A stretch of 36,062 nucleotides of DNA from Chiloscyllium plagiosum. Its lineage: Eukaryota. The translations under genes and the position numbers were made by a program. The notes beneath the pieces are model-generated. The model did no database searches. It was not told the DNA's origin and saw only the letters and a list, made by a program, of their open reading frames with translations. The stretch spans positions 1 to 36,062 of the forward strand of contig NW_025213809.1 in assembly GCF_004010195.1 (NCBI RefSeq), read 5' to 3'. Of this stretch, positions 11,975-23,550 are shown piece by piece. Numbering within the stretch: the stretch's first letter is position 1; each line of letters opens with the position of its first letter.

Positions 11975-12355
11975 CAGGGATGATGGTGTAGTGATACTGT
12001 CACTGGGCTCGACGTGAAGGGGTTAATGTTCTGGGTACAGAGGCTAAAACCCCACCAAGGCAGCGTGTGGAATTTAAATTCAGTTCATAAAATCTGGAAT
12101 CAAATCCCAGTTTCAGTCATACCATCCATAACAATATCAACGATTGTTTAAAAACCACATCTACTTCACTAACTACCTTCAGGGAAGAAAATCTCCTACC
12201 CTCACCCAGTTTGGTCTCCATATGACTCCAGACCCACAACAATGTAACTGGCTGTGAACTGAACGAGGAAACATCACAGCAGGACAGCCCTTTCAAGGGC
12301 AAGTAGAGATAAACAAAAAATACTGTCCATGCCAGTGTTGCTGACATTCCATTTG
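11975..12355 (+). mobile_element. Decayed DeuSINE (SacSINE1-like)
   Basis: tRNA-like head, Deu-domain-like TTCACTAA...CCTTCAGGGAAGAAAATCT...GACTCCAGACCCACA, L2-like tail; family recognised from memory. Confidence 0.65.
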
Positions 12356-12875
12356 TTAAAAGCTTAACGATGAATCAAACTGTTTAAAATTTCTCACATT
12401 CCTGACATCACTCGTGTTTTGAAAGTCTGACCCACATATGTTGACTCGTGTTTTAAATATTTCCAGTATTATTCCGAATTCACTCTTCCTAAATCGTTGA
12501 AAAGGAACAGGAGAATATAAGGATTTTCCAATTCATTCTTCACTGTAGGGAGAAGTTAGAACTCTCCAAGAGGAATTCTCCCACTGTCTAATACATTAGA
12601 GTTGTGTACAAACTGTATCAGTGCACTGCCTGCAATACCGTACTCCAAATTCCCACTAGCAAGGAATTTGCCTTTTCGTACTGATCAACTTGAATCAGCT
12701 CAAATCCACTCCCTCCCCAGGTTGAACTACCAATAAACAAATGTACATGGGGTTGATCCCAATCGTATTTATCAGACTTTATCAGAATTTCAGAATCCGC
12801 TTCAGTCATGCATTAAACAGAGTTATGCTTAAAAACTGTCTGCAAACAGCCTGATGAGACAGTGCAGGAACGTAC

Positions 12876-12962
12876 CTGAGAAATGTCCCCGGAAACCTCC
12901 GAGACAGGAGTGCACTGAATAAGCAGCAAGACACCAATAATCAACAGCATTTCCTTCTTCAT
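12876..12962 (-). CDS. Candidate first coding exon encoding a signal peptide (product unknown)
   Basis: MKKEMLLIIGVLLLIQCTPVSEVSGDISQ: basic N-terminus and hydrophobic core, ends in CAG|GTACGT (phase 0), non-repeat context. Confidence 0.45.
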
Positions 12963-13271
12963 CTTCTCCAAAGAATTTCACATAATCAGGCTGAGATAAC
13001 AATTCAGAAGAAGTGCCTGAAGCAGGATGCGAAGTTTTTGCTTTCCATATAATAGTGCAATGGGAGTGAATCTCCTCTTAATCCCTTTCCCTTCTATGTG
13101 ACCGTAAATCCAGTGACCAGATTGACTCAATTGACACTCCTCCAGCTTTAAGTCACAGCGTTCTGTAGTTTGGCCCCTCTCCAAGTCTCAGTATGCTATG
13201 ACAACTGAGCTGATCTGACAAGGGTACAAATAGAACATATAGTTCATGACTATGCATGATCATAGAATCCC

Positions 13272-13332
13272 NNNNNNNNNNNNNNNNNNNNNNNNNNNNN
13301 NNNNNNNNNNNNNNNNNNNNNNNNNNNNNNNN
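13272..13332. other. Assembly gap
   Basis: Run of N. Confidence 1.
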
Positions 13333-13764
13333 AATCACTGAGGATCGGGCCATGGCCATAACAATCCGTGGCTAGGGTTAACAACCACTGATGTGAGTTC
13401 AAGCACTTCAGTTAATGAACCACATTTGCAATAAAGCTGGCCCATGTGAGAGATAATTGTTGTTGTGGTTCTGTTCACGAGCTGGGAATTTGTGTTGCAC
13501 ATGTTTTGTCCCCTGTCTAGATGACATCCTCAGTGCTTCAGAAGCTCCTGTGAAGCGCTTCTGTATGTTTCAGCCCGCATTTATAGTCGTTTGTCTCTGC
13601 TGCTTCCGGTTGTCAGTTCCAGCTGTCCGCTGCAGTGGCTGGTATATTGTGTCCAGGTCGATGTGTTTGTTGATAGAATCTGTGGATAAGTGCCATGCCT
13701 CTAGAATTCCCTGGCATCTCTGTTTGGCTTGTCCTTTAATTGTAATGTTGTCCCAGTCGAATTC

Positions 13765-13800
13765 ATTCCTGAAGAAGGGCCTGTGCCCGAAACGTCGAAT
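13765..13800 (+). ncRNA. Minimal type I hammerhead ribozyme motif
   Basis: Stem I ATTC/GAAT, core CTGAAGA, stem II GGGC/GCCC, GAAA, palindromic ACGT in place of stem III, GTC cleavage triplet. Confidence 0.8.
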
Positions 13801-13890
13801 CTCCTGTTCCCTGGATGCTGCCTGACCTGCTGTGCTGTTCCAGCAATAAAGTTTCAACTTTGATCTCCAGCATCTGCAGACCTCACTTTC
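13767..13890 (+). mobile_element. 124-bp hammerhead-bearing insert nested in the PLE
   Basis: Perfect 16-bp direct repeat TCCCAGTCGAATTCAT at 13751-13766 and 13891-13906. Confidence 0.9.
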
Positions 13891-14932
13891 TCCCAGTCGA
13901 ATTCATGTTGCTTGTCATCCGCGTGTGTGGCTACTAAGAATAGCTGGACGTGTCGTTTCGTGGCGAGTTGGTGTTCATGGATACGGATCGATAGCTGTCT
14001 TCCTGTTTGTCCTTGTAGTGTTTTGTGCAGTCGTTGCATGGGATTTTGTACACTATGTTGGTTTTGCTCATGCGGGGTATCGGGTCCTTTGTCCTGGCGA
14101 GTTGTTGTCTGAGTGGCTGTTGGTTTGTGTGCTGTTATGAGTCCTAGTGATCGCAGTAGTCTGGCTGTCAGTTCAGAAATGTTCTTAATGTATGGTAACG
14201 TGGCTAGTCCTTTGGGTTGTGGCATGGCCTCATTCCGTTGTCTTTCCATTAGGCATCTGTTGATGAAATTGCGGGGGTATCCGTTTTTGGCGAATACATT
14301 GTAGAGGTGTTCTTCATCCTCTGTTTGCAGTTCTGGTGTGCTGCAGTGTATTGTGGCCCTTTTGAAAAGTGTCTTGATGCAACTTCTTTTGTGTGTGTTG
14401 GGGTGGTTGCTTTCGTAATTCAGGACTTGGTCTGTGTGAGTGACTTTCCTGTATACCTTTGTGGTGAATTCTCCGTTCGGTGTTCTCTGTACCATCACAT
14501 CTAGGAATGGGAGTTGGTTGTCCTTTTCTTCCTCTCTAGTGAATCGGATTCCTGTGAGTGTGGCGATGATGAACCGGTGTGTGTTTTCTATTTCTGTGTT
14601 TTTAATGATTATAAAAATGTCATCTACATGTCTGACCCAGAGTTTGGGTTGAATTTACGGTTAGACTGTTTGTTCTAATCTTTGCATTACCGCATCTGCT
14701 ATGAGTCCAGAGTTGGGTCAGCCTATGGCTGTGCCGTTAATTTTTTTCATATGTTTGGTTGTTGAATGTGAAGTGTGATGTGAGGCACAGGTCCAGTAGT
14801 TTGAGTATGCAGTCTTTGTTGATAGGTTCCCCGTCTTGTTGTCTGTTCTGTATGTCCAGCAGGTTGGCTATTGTTTCTCTGGCTAGGGTTTTGTCGATAG
14901 AGGTGAACAGTGCTATTACATCGAATGAGGAT

Positions 14933-15714
14933 CATCCATCTCTGGACTCATAGCAGAAGCAGTAATGCAAAGATTAGAACAAACAGTCTTACCGGAAATT
15001 CAACGCAAACTCTGGGTCAGACATGTAGATGATACCTTTGTAATCATTAAAAACACAGAAATAGAAAACACACACCGGATCATCAACGCCACACTCACAG
15101 GAATCAGATTCACTAGAGAGGAAGAAAAGGACAACCAACTCCCATTCCTAGATGTGATGGTACAGAGAACACTGAATGGAGAATTGACCACAAAGGTATA
15201 CAGGAAAGCCACTCACACAGACCAAGACCTGAATTACGAAAGCAACCACCCCAACACACATAAAAGAAGTTGCATCAAGACACTTTTCAAAAGGGCCACA
15301 ACACTCTGCAGCACACCAGAACTGCAAACCTAGGAAGAAGAACACCTCTACAATGTATTCGCCAAAAACAGATACCCCTGCAATTTCATCAACAGATGTC
15401 TAATATAAAGACAACGGAATAAGGACATGCCACAACCCAAAGGACTAGCCACGTTACCATACATCAAGAACATTTCTGAACTGACAGCCAGACTACCACG
15501 ACTACTAGGACTCATAACAGCACACAAACCAACAGCCACTCTCAGACAACAACTCGCCAGGACAAAGTACCCGATACCCAGCATGAGCAAAACCAACGTA
15601 GTGTACAAAATCCCATGCAAGGACTGCACAAAACACTACAAGGACAAACAGGAAGACAGCTAACGATCCGTATCCATGAACACCAACTCGCCACGAAACG
15701 ACACGACCAGCTAT
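14933..15714 (+). mobile_element. Penelope-like element, inverted second arm running into the gap
   Basis: ORFs 14965-15333 and 15427-15663 (RHVDD, ESNHP, VVYKIPCKDC); reverse complement of about 13940-14712. Confidence 0.93.
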
Positions 15715-16214
15715 NNNNNNNNNNNNNNNNNNNNNNNNNNNNNNNNNNNNNNNNNNNNNNNNNNNNNNNNNNNNNNNNNNNNNNNNNNNNNNNNNNNNNN
15801 NNNNNNNNNNNNNNNNNNNNNNNNNNNNNNNNNNNNNNNNNNNNNNNNNNNNNNNNNNNNNNNNNNNNNNNNNNNNNNNNNNNNNNNNNNNNNNNNNNNN
15901 NNNNNNNNNNNNNNNNNNNNNNNNNNNNNNNNNNNNNNNNNNNNNNNNNNNNNNNNNNNNNNNNNNNNNNNNNNNNNNNNNNNNNNNNNNNNNNNNNNNN
16001 NNNNNNNNNNNNNNNNNNNNNNNNNNNNNNNNNNNNNNNNNNNNNNNNNNNNNNNNNNNNNNNNNNNNNNNNNNNNNNNNNNNNNNNNNNNNNNNNNNNN
16101 NNNNNNNNNNNNNNNNNNNNNNNNNNNNNNNNNNNNNNNNNNNNNNNNNNNNNNNNNNNNNNNNNNNNNNNNNNNNNNNNNNNNNNNNNNNNNNNNNNNN
16201 NNNNNNNNNNNNNN
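15715..16214. other. Assembly gap
   Basis: Run of N. Confidence 1.
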
Positions 16215-18605
16215 ACCCAGGGAGATTCAGTCAGACCAATGATCTAATTTTACTGCCAGGCTGTTTTAGGAGATTATGGATAGCTTTGGCATACAGCACG
16301 TTAAATCAAGCGTGTACCATCCTGAATCCCAGGGAGCTTTGGAAAGGTGGCTTCAGACACTGAAGACCATGTTGAAAGCATACTGTCAGGATGATCTGAA
16401 CGGTTGTGATAAAGGTGTCCCGTTTGTATTGTTTGCCATTCGGTACGCCCCAAATGAATCTCCTCAGTTTACTCTCTTTGAGTAAATATTCGGACATGAA
16501 GTGAGGGGACCTTAGAAACTACTTAAAGAAGAATTGATAGGACCAAATTCAGAGATCTCACAATTGGATTATGTATTGGAAGTGAGGGAGAGATTAAATC
16601 GGGTAGGTGAGTAAACTAAAGAGGACACAGTATCGAATGAAGCAGGTGGCAGGTAAAAATTGAAACATTTCTCCAGTGGTAGGAGATTGCTTCAAAGCCA
16701 GGTTTTGTGGTCCCTATCAAATTGAGACAAATTTGATTCCAGTGAACTATCTGGTAAAGATGTCAGATAGGAAAAAAAACTGTATTGAATATGCCATGTG
16801 AATACATCAAAACCTTCCCTTAAAAGAGACAGGGGACTGGAGAAGCAAGTGTTAGTTACTGCCCCCAAAGTGAGAAATCAAATCCACATGCAGTTGGTTT
16901 TGATGTGCCTCAAAATAGGTTAAATAATGAGGAAGTTCTTGAGGGATGGGACGGTTAATAATCTCAGGTGCTAACAACCCAGTTAAAAGGTTTGTTGCAA
17001 TACCAGGAGAATATATGTAGGAATAAGATGGCAAGGACTAATGCTGTCGTGCATTAGGTAGATTAAGGGAATGCTGTTCTGATGAAACAAAAAACCCTCC
17101 AGGCTTAATCCTTTCAAAGCCACCCAGGTGCAGAATGAAGTGGATGCGATGCTCAATGAAGATATCTTTGAACCAAGTCAGAGTGTGTGGAGTTCACCAA
17201 TCGTGTCAGTTCTCAAACCTGACGGGACTCAATGATTTTGTGTGGACTATCGGGAGGTCAACGCCTGAACAAAATTGGACTCATATCCAGTGCCAAGATT
17301 GGACGACTGTGTAGAGAAAGTTGGACGAGCCAGGAACATCGCAAAGCTGGACTTATTGTGTAGTTATTGGCAGGTACCTTCTCCAGAGGAAGCAAAAGAA
17401 GTTTCTGTTTTTGCAACCCGAAATGTGCTCTATCAATTCAAAGTGATGCCCTTTGAAATGAAAAATGCACCAGCCACATTCCAAAGCCTCATGAACAGAG
17501 TTGTTCAGTTTATCTTTAGCGAGTCATGGAAAGATCACGTGGGAGAGTTAGTAAAGCTCTTTGAACAATTACAACGAGCAAAACTGGTAATAAATATAAA
17601 GAAAACAGAATTCATGAAGGCAGATATGACGTTTTTATGACATAACATTGGACATAGAAAGTTGACCTAATGAACGTGAAGATGAAGGCCGTCGATAATT
17701 TCCACAATCATCATTCAAGAATGTGGAGCTTTGATTTTTGGGACTAAGTGGATTCTACTGGAAGTTTGATCCAAATGTCAGCAGTGTGGTCGTACCGCTA
17801 ACCAGTTTTAAGAAGAACACAACATTTCGGTGGACAGAATAATGCCAGGAGGCATTTGACAATTTAAAAGCAGTATTAACTATAGCACCAGTTTCAGCTA
17901 CACCAAAATATTTGAAACACTTCAATGCTGCCATCGATGCTCGTGACATATGGGTTGGACCTGTACTGAGACAGAACGATGATGATGGAATTGAATTGCT
18001 AATTGGCTACTTTTAAAATAAATTCAGAATCCACCAGAGACGATACTCTACACTGAAAAAGGAATTATTGAGTTTGATACAGGCCTTATAACATTCTAAT
18101 ATTTAGGTAATGAACCATGTGTTGGAGATGGTTGTGTACACGAATCACAATCCTCTTACATTCTCGGAAAGATGTAAATACAAAAATATGAGGCCATTTC
18201 ATTGTATTACAGACTTTTACATTGCAGATTGTGCATGTTGCCTGTCATAAAGATTTGATAGCAGCTGCGTCATCATGGAATTAAAGGAACAAGTGTCGAT
18301 AAGATTTGACTGATTCGAATTTTATGTACTAGTGTAGAAATGAATATAGAAAATATAACTTAGATTAATGACATTTGTATTACATAGTAATGGGGTTAAG
18401 AATTAGAGAAATAAAGATGACATCTTTTCATTATGAAGTTCCATTTTTTTTCTGATGGGGGTTAGGTGTTATGAAGTTGAAGGCATGTACTGTACATTTA
18501 AGAGAGAGAGAGAGAATGCTGTTCTGAACTGAGAGATTATAAGCACTTTTCAATTACAAGATAGTGGTCCCAGCGTATACTGAAAATTGAAAATATATGT
18601 ATCAA
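16215..18605 (+). mobile_element. Gmr1-type Gypsy LTR element, decayed 3' half (INT-RT-RH, PPT, partial 3' LTR)
   Basis: Integrase YHPESQGALER at about 16315 precedes RT (KLDLLCSYWQVP, VMPFEMKNAPATFQ) and RNase H. A G-rich tract is followed by the LTR start TGTTATGA at 18467. Confidence 0.88.
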
Positions 18606-19045
18606 TCAAAGCATGATGTTTATACTAACAAAACACAGTTGTAGAGCATAAACATGAAAAGACCTTAACATACATAAAATCTGAATTTGACGCATAAACA
18701 TTTTAGACGGCATCAAGACAAAGAAAACAAACCACATATTCACAAAGACATTAAAACATAAACATAGGCACCCACGACTGAAGTGGGAGATTAACACAAT
18801 GATTCTTACACATTGCGAAATGAGCAAAATGTATATACAGAATCGCAACCAGATGAATGAGCACACCAGCACTGAAGGGACATGAATGTGTTTACTCATC
18901 GCAATCCCAACAAGGACACAAGCGATGTAATCACGTACCCAAACGATAAAGGAAAAACAGATACAACCAGCTATAGACAGAAATAAATTAAGGAACATAT
19001 GCACAAAAATTATTCTGAACACATACAGATCCTGCAAACAAAATA
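18606..19045. repeat. Decayed CA-rich low-complexity tract
   Basis: Strong A/C bias with ACAC/ACAT remnants; explains spurious ORF 18606-19037. Confidence 0.55.
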
Positions 19046-19432
19046 TGAAGCAATGTGTTTACTGTGAATCTCATTGATTTTAATGATTCCCCAAATAAAT
19101 AAAATAAAAGAGCAAATGCATTTGAGCTCTTACCCAGTGATGGCATAGTAAACAGCTATCAGTACCTATAATTAAATTATAAGATATAATTGAAATAATC
19201 ATTGTCAGTCTATGATAATATTCCCCAATTATAGATCGAATGACAAGAAAATTCAGGATAGTAAATGAAAGCTGTGGAGTTAGTTATAGCAGGTTATTGC
19301 TAGAGTCAATGACTCAATCAGAGATACAGATCGAGTAAAATGCCATATCAACCTGATGGCTTGAAGATGGACCCATTCCTGGTTACATTGCTTATACACA
19401 GAAATGTCAGACCGCATCAATAGATAATCTAA

Positions 19433-22382
19433 CTATTTGTTTTCAGCTTTATTCTTGCAGATGCGATAGATGGCAGTCGGATTGAAGACTATGAGGATGA
19501 TAATGGCAACATCTGGACAACCGCTTCCACATTCATTACCCTGTTCTTCCTGAGTATTTCCTACAGCACTGCCGTCACTCTGATGAAGGTGAGAATAATC
19601 AATTATCAGCAGACGAACATGATTTGTCAAATTTCTGAGAGTTTCATTGAAGAAAAAACGAAATATTAATGCCATGATCATAAACACTGCATCATTACTT
19701 TATCTCTCTTTTACAGGTAAAATAATGTGTTGAAGTTTGGACCCCGTAGACTTGCCTCATTGATTATTGAGGTCTCTGAATTCCAAATTTATATTATGCG
19801 CTGTTGTTGACTTTAACAATGAGACAGCTTCACTTTTGAATCCGAATCTGAAAGCAATTAATGGCTTTTCTGTTTTGTTTTGTTTGAGTTCATTCAGATA
19901 ATTAGAGTTGGAATGTATTTGTAGCTTGTAACTTGTAATTGCTTGAAGTCCATTTGTAATTTGTTTTCTTTTTCCTTATTCCGAATTGTTTCCTAACTTT
20001 ATGTTGATTCCTCATTTTCTTTTTCTGGTAATTATAAGATAAGCAGCTCAGAACGTATGTGTTCTTATCTCAATGTGTCATCCAGTCATTTTTCTCACTT
20101 TGTTCACTTTAAGATAAGTTTTTGATAAAAATACGCTTTGAAATGGTTAATAAATCTTAAAAGAATATGGACTAAACTTGAGTTTGCTTCATCCTTTCTT
20201 GAAGGCCCATTAGTAATGATCTCCTATCCCAAATGTTCATGCCCTACTCCCTTCAAAGCCAGATGCATTTGCCCAGTCACATGTGGTTGTCTTTTATCGA
20301 ATCATTTGGGTTAATGCTGGGCACTCTTCGTCCCACTCTTCTAAATCGACATTTTGCTTGGTATGTCTTATGGAAAACTCCAGAGGTGGAAAGATCAAAC
20401 AACATGGAGACCTTTGATGGTTCTTGTTATGCCACGAGGGTCATAGCCTAGGGTGAAGTAATGATAAAAATCAGGAGCTTTACCCCACCAGAGACTATCA
20501 CAAGGTAGTCCAGAGAGTTAGAAAGCTTACTGTACTCTGTCTAACATAAAACTACTCCCAAAGTCGGTCCAGCATACGTTTGTCATGGATACATCTCAAC
20601 ACAAACACTTACCAGTTAAACACTTCACAGCCAAAAATCTGAAGTTCAGAGAAGAATACAGCGACAACACATGGACAAACCAGGGTTAATTCTTAAATCT
20701 GGAGTTTTTCTAACACATAAGTATCATGGATCACAAATTCCAGGAACCTACGTTGTCACACCACAGCTGCCAAATTCCCCGGGAATCAGACTGGGACTAT
20801 CTGATACAAAGATATCAGTGAATAGCAAACATCAAAAATTGTCAACCAGAGATCGATGTTGATCAGGAATTCAGTAATACTGGAAAAACTCAGCTATTGG
20901 AACCCATATGTCGCAAGACAGAATTCAGCACCAACAATACCAACCTATCCAACTGGTAATGAGACGTTACACCTTCCCACCAGTTATACTTTCTTAATTC
21001 TGGGAGCTCCATACCTAGTATGAATTCGCCATGGAAAGAGTTGTAGACATTCCAAATCACCAATGAATTAATGTTTCCCTTGGCCAAATCTGACCTCTTG
21101 GTCAGCCTGGAACAACCAAACATTGCTGATCGTTTGAGAAGTGATAAGACCTTGTCAAAAACGGGCTTTTCAATTTACTTTCATTTATCATGTGATTATT
21201 AAACAGGAACCATAAGGCTCCATGAAAAAAAAACTAAAGCACATGTCAGTACATTGCCCCCAGTCACATGGATAGAGAACTGGCTGTAAGCCAGGAAACA
21301 GTTTAGGAATGAACAAACTTTTTTTTTCTCAATGACAGAGAGTGAATAGTGTCAAGCATCAGTGTTTGGGTTCAGCTTTCACATTCTGTAATAATGATTT
21401 AGTGGAAGGAACTAGATATAAAACTCTCCAAACTTTCAGATGACACAAAGCTGGGTGGGATGGTGAGCTGGGAGGAGAATGCAGAGATGCTTCAGTCTGA
21501 TTGGGACATGTGTAATGAGTGAGTAAATGCATGGCAGGTGAACTATAATGGAGACAAATATGTGTTTATCCACTTTCAGAGCAAAACCAGGCAAGACCAT
21601 TATTCCCTGGATGGTGAGTGATTGGGAAAGGGGGAGGTGCAATGGGTCCTGGGTGTCTCTGTACACCAGTCATGGAGAGGAAGCAGGCAGGTGCAGCAGG
21701 GGCTGAAGAAGGGAAATGGTATGTTGGCCTTCACAGTGAGAGGGTTGTTGTACAGGAACAGGCATGTCCTGCTGCAATTGTACAGGGTCTTGGTGAGACC
21801 ACCCCTGAAGTATTATGTGCTGTGTTGGTCTCCTTTATCTGAGGAAGGATGTCCTGGCGACAGATGGAGTGTAACAAAACTTTACCAGACTGATTCCTGT
21901 GATTACAGGAATGAGGTATGAATAGAGATTTGATTGGTAAGGATGATATTCACTGGAGTTGAGAGAATGAAAGGGAATCTCAGAGCCTACAAGCATCGAA
22001 CAGGACAAGACAGGGTAAACACAGGAAGGATGTTCCTGATTGCCAGGCTGTCCAGAAGCAAGGGTCACAGTCAAAGGATACAGCAGGGTCATTTAGCACG
22101 AAGGTGATGAGAAACCTCTTCACCCAGAGAGTGGAGAGAATGTGGAATTCGATGACACAGAAAGAATTGAAGTCAAAGCGTTGAATGTTGTAAGGAAGGT
22201 GATAGATTCAGTTATTGGGGTTAGCAGGATGAAAGCTTATGGGAAGTAACAAGAACATGGCACTGAGATGATAATTAGCCATGACTGAATTGAATGAGTG
22301 AGCAGGTTTGAGGGAATGACTGGCCTAATCTTGCTCCTGTTTATTTTGTTCCTTTATTCCTCATGGACCACCACATGTCATC
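19433..22382 (-). pseudogene. Siglec/MAG/CD22-like multi-Ig receptor pseudogene
   Basis: V exon 22382-20945 (CR1 removed): G*HVVVHVTGGNVLTC, GALWF, SRL..DLAKGNINSLVIWNV..HGEF, ELPELRKY. C2-like exon 20800-20531 (270 nt): DSPSLIPGE..VPGIC, YSSLNF. Third exon from 20447: YDPRGIT..PSINPNDS. TM-like exon 19579-19433: VAIIILIVF..AIYRICKNK. AG/GT borders, many stops and frameshifts. Confidence 0.55.
21273..22361 (+). mobile_element. CR1 LINE, 5'-truncated RT and 3' UTR
   Basis: FSDDTKLGG, LQLYRVLVRPPLKYYVLCWSP, FTQRVERMWNS; TSD CATGGA at 21267-21272 and 22362-22367. Confidence 0.9.
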
Positions 22383-22489
22383 CTGTAATCAATTAGTCAC
22401 ACAGTGATCTGATATTACATTTCTCATCACCTCGGTTTAAAATAATCCATCTCTTTAGAAACTGTGGCACAATGCTCTGGGAAAAATAA

Positions 22490-22582
22490 ATCACAGAATA
22501 AATGCTGAACAGACTCAAGAGGTCTGGTGTCAGTTGTGCAGAGAGAACCACAGGGAGTGTTTTGATTGAGAGCTCTTCCAGA
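22490..22582 (-). mobile_element. Decayed short PLE-3'-type repeat
   Basis: Minus strand CCAGACCTCTTGAGTCTGTTCAGCATTTATTCTG, similar to 32843-32935. Confidence 0.45.
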
Positions 22583-22714
22583 CTCGAGCCTAGGGTTGGG
22601 TGTGACCTATTAATAAAAATTTAACGTGTGAAACCCTTGGGGAATTGATGCATTTTAATCAGATATGTTTTCACCCTCATGAACCCCAGGATATAGATGC
22701 ACAAAGGAAGATGG

Positions 22715-23405
22715 TTGTGGCTGTGTCAAATGCAACATGTTCCAGACAATATCCAGGCTTGTGCTGGAAAGTGGCAAGTAATGTTTGTGCCACACCGACG
22801 CCAGGCAATGGTCATCTCCAATCCGACAAATCTAGCCACTGCCCCTTGACGTCTGTTACTATCACTGAATCCACTACTATCAACATCCTTGTGTTACAAT
22901 TAACCAGAAGCTGAACTGGGCTAGCCTTTTCAAAACAGTGGCTGCAAGAGAATGTCAGAGCTTAGAGAATCCTGAATCATATCACTCACATCCTAACTGC
23001 CTAACGCTGGTCCACCATCTACAATGCATAAGTTAGAAGTGTGATGGAATACTCACCACTTACCTGAATGGGTGCAGCTCCAGCAGCACTCAACAAGCTC
23101 AACAGTATCCAGGACAAAGTACATTTGATTAGCACTACATCCTCAAATATGCAGTCAGTCCACAACCAATGCTCATTCGTAATAGTGAGTACTATAGGCA
23201 GTTGCACTGCCGAAATTCACCAATGCTTCTCAGATAGTTCCTTCCAAACCGATGACCACACCCATCCAGTAAGACAAGGGTAGCAGATCAAAGGGACACC
23301 TGCCCCTGCAAGTAAACCTCCAGATCTATCGTCATTCAGAATCGGAAATATATTACTGTTTCTTCAGGGTTGTGGATTCAATATCCTGGCATTCCTTCCC
23401 TTACA
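22715..23405 (+). mobile_element. L2/CR1-group LINE RT C-terminal fragment
   Basis: TIYNA*VRSVMEYSPLT*MGAAPAALNKLNSIQDK. Confidence 0.75.
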
Positions 23406-23407
23406 GG

Positions 23408-23549
23408 ATCGGGTCTGGAGAAGATTAGGTCTGGAGGGGAATGGGTGTAAATGGGTTGGGTGTGGAGGAGATTGGGCGTGGAGGGTGATTGTGTCTGGAG
23501 ATGATTGGGTCTCGAGGGGATTGTGTCTGGTGGGGATTGGGTCTGGAGT
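23408..23549. repeat. Degenerate G-rich tandem repeat, about 16-18 bp unit
   Basis: Repeated GATTGGGTCTGGAG-like units directly left of the LTR. Confidence 0.75.
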
Positions 23550-23550
23550 C

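Larger units (their letters stand above)
13455..14932 (-). mobile_element. Penelope-like element, 5'-truncated (RT, GIY-YIG, 3' UTR with decayed hammerhead)
   Basis: FDVIALFTSI, WVRHVDD, LPFLDV, VYRKVTHTDQVLNYESNHP, GQTGRQL.IRIHEH; CTGAGGA...AAAACATG hammerhead remnant at 13497-13536. Confidence 0.93.

Noticed and set aside
6199..16247. Long ORFs of 188-382 aa spanning gaps
   Set aside because: They consist almost entirely of translated N
18606..19037. 143-aa hydrophobic ORF resembling a membrane protein
   Set aside because: Reverse complement of CA-rich low-complexity DNA; no family motifs
22655..22740. Leader exon of the Siglec-like gene (ATTIFLCASISWG-like)
   Set aside because: No consistent start, frame and donor; overlaps the L2 boundary
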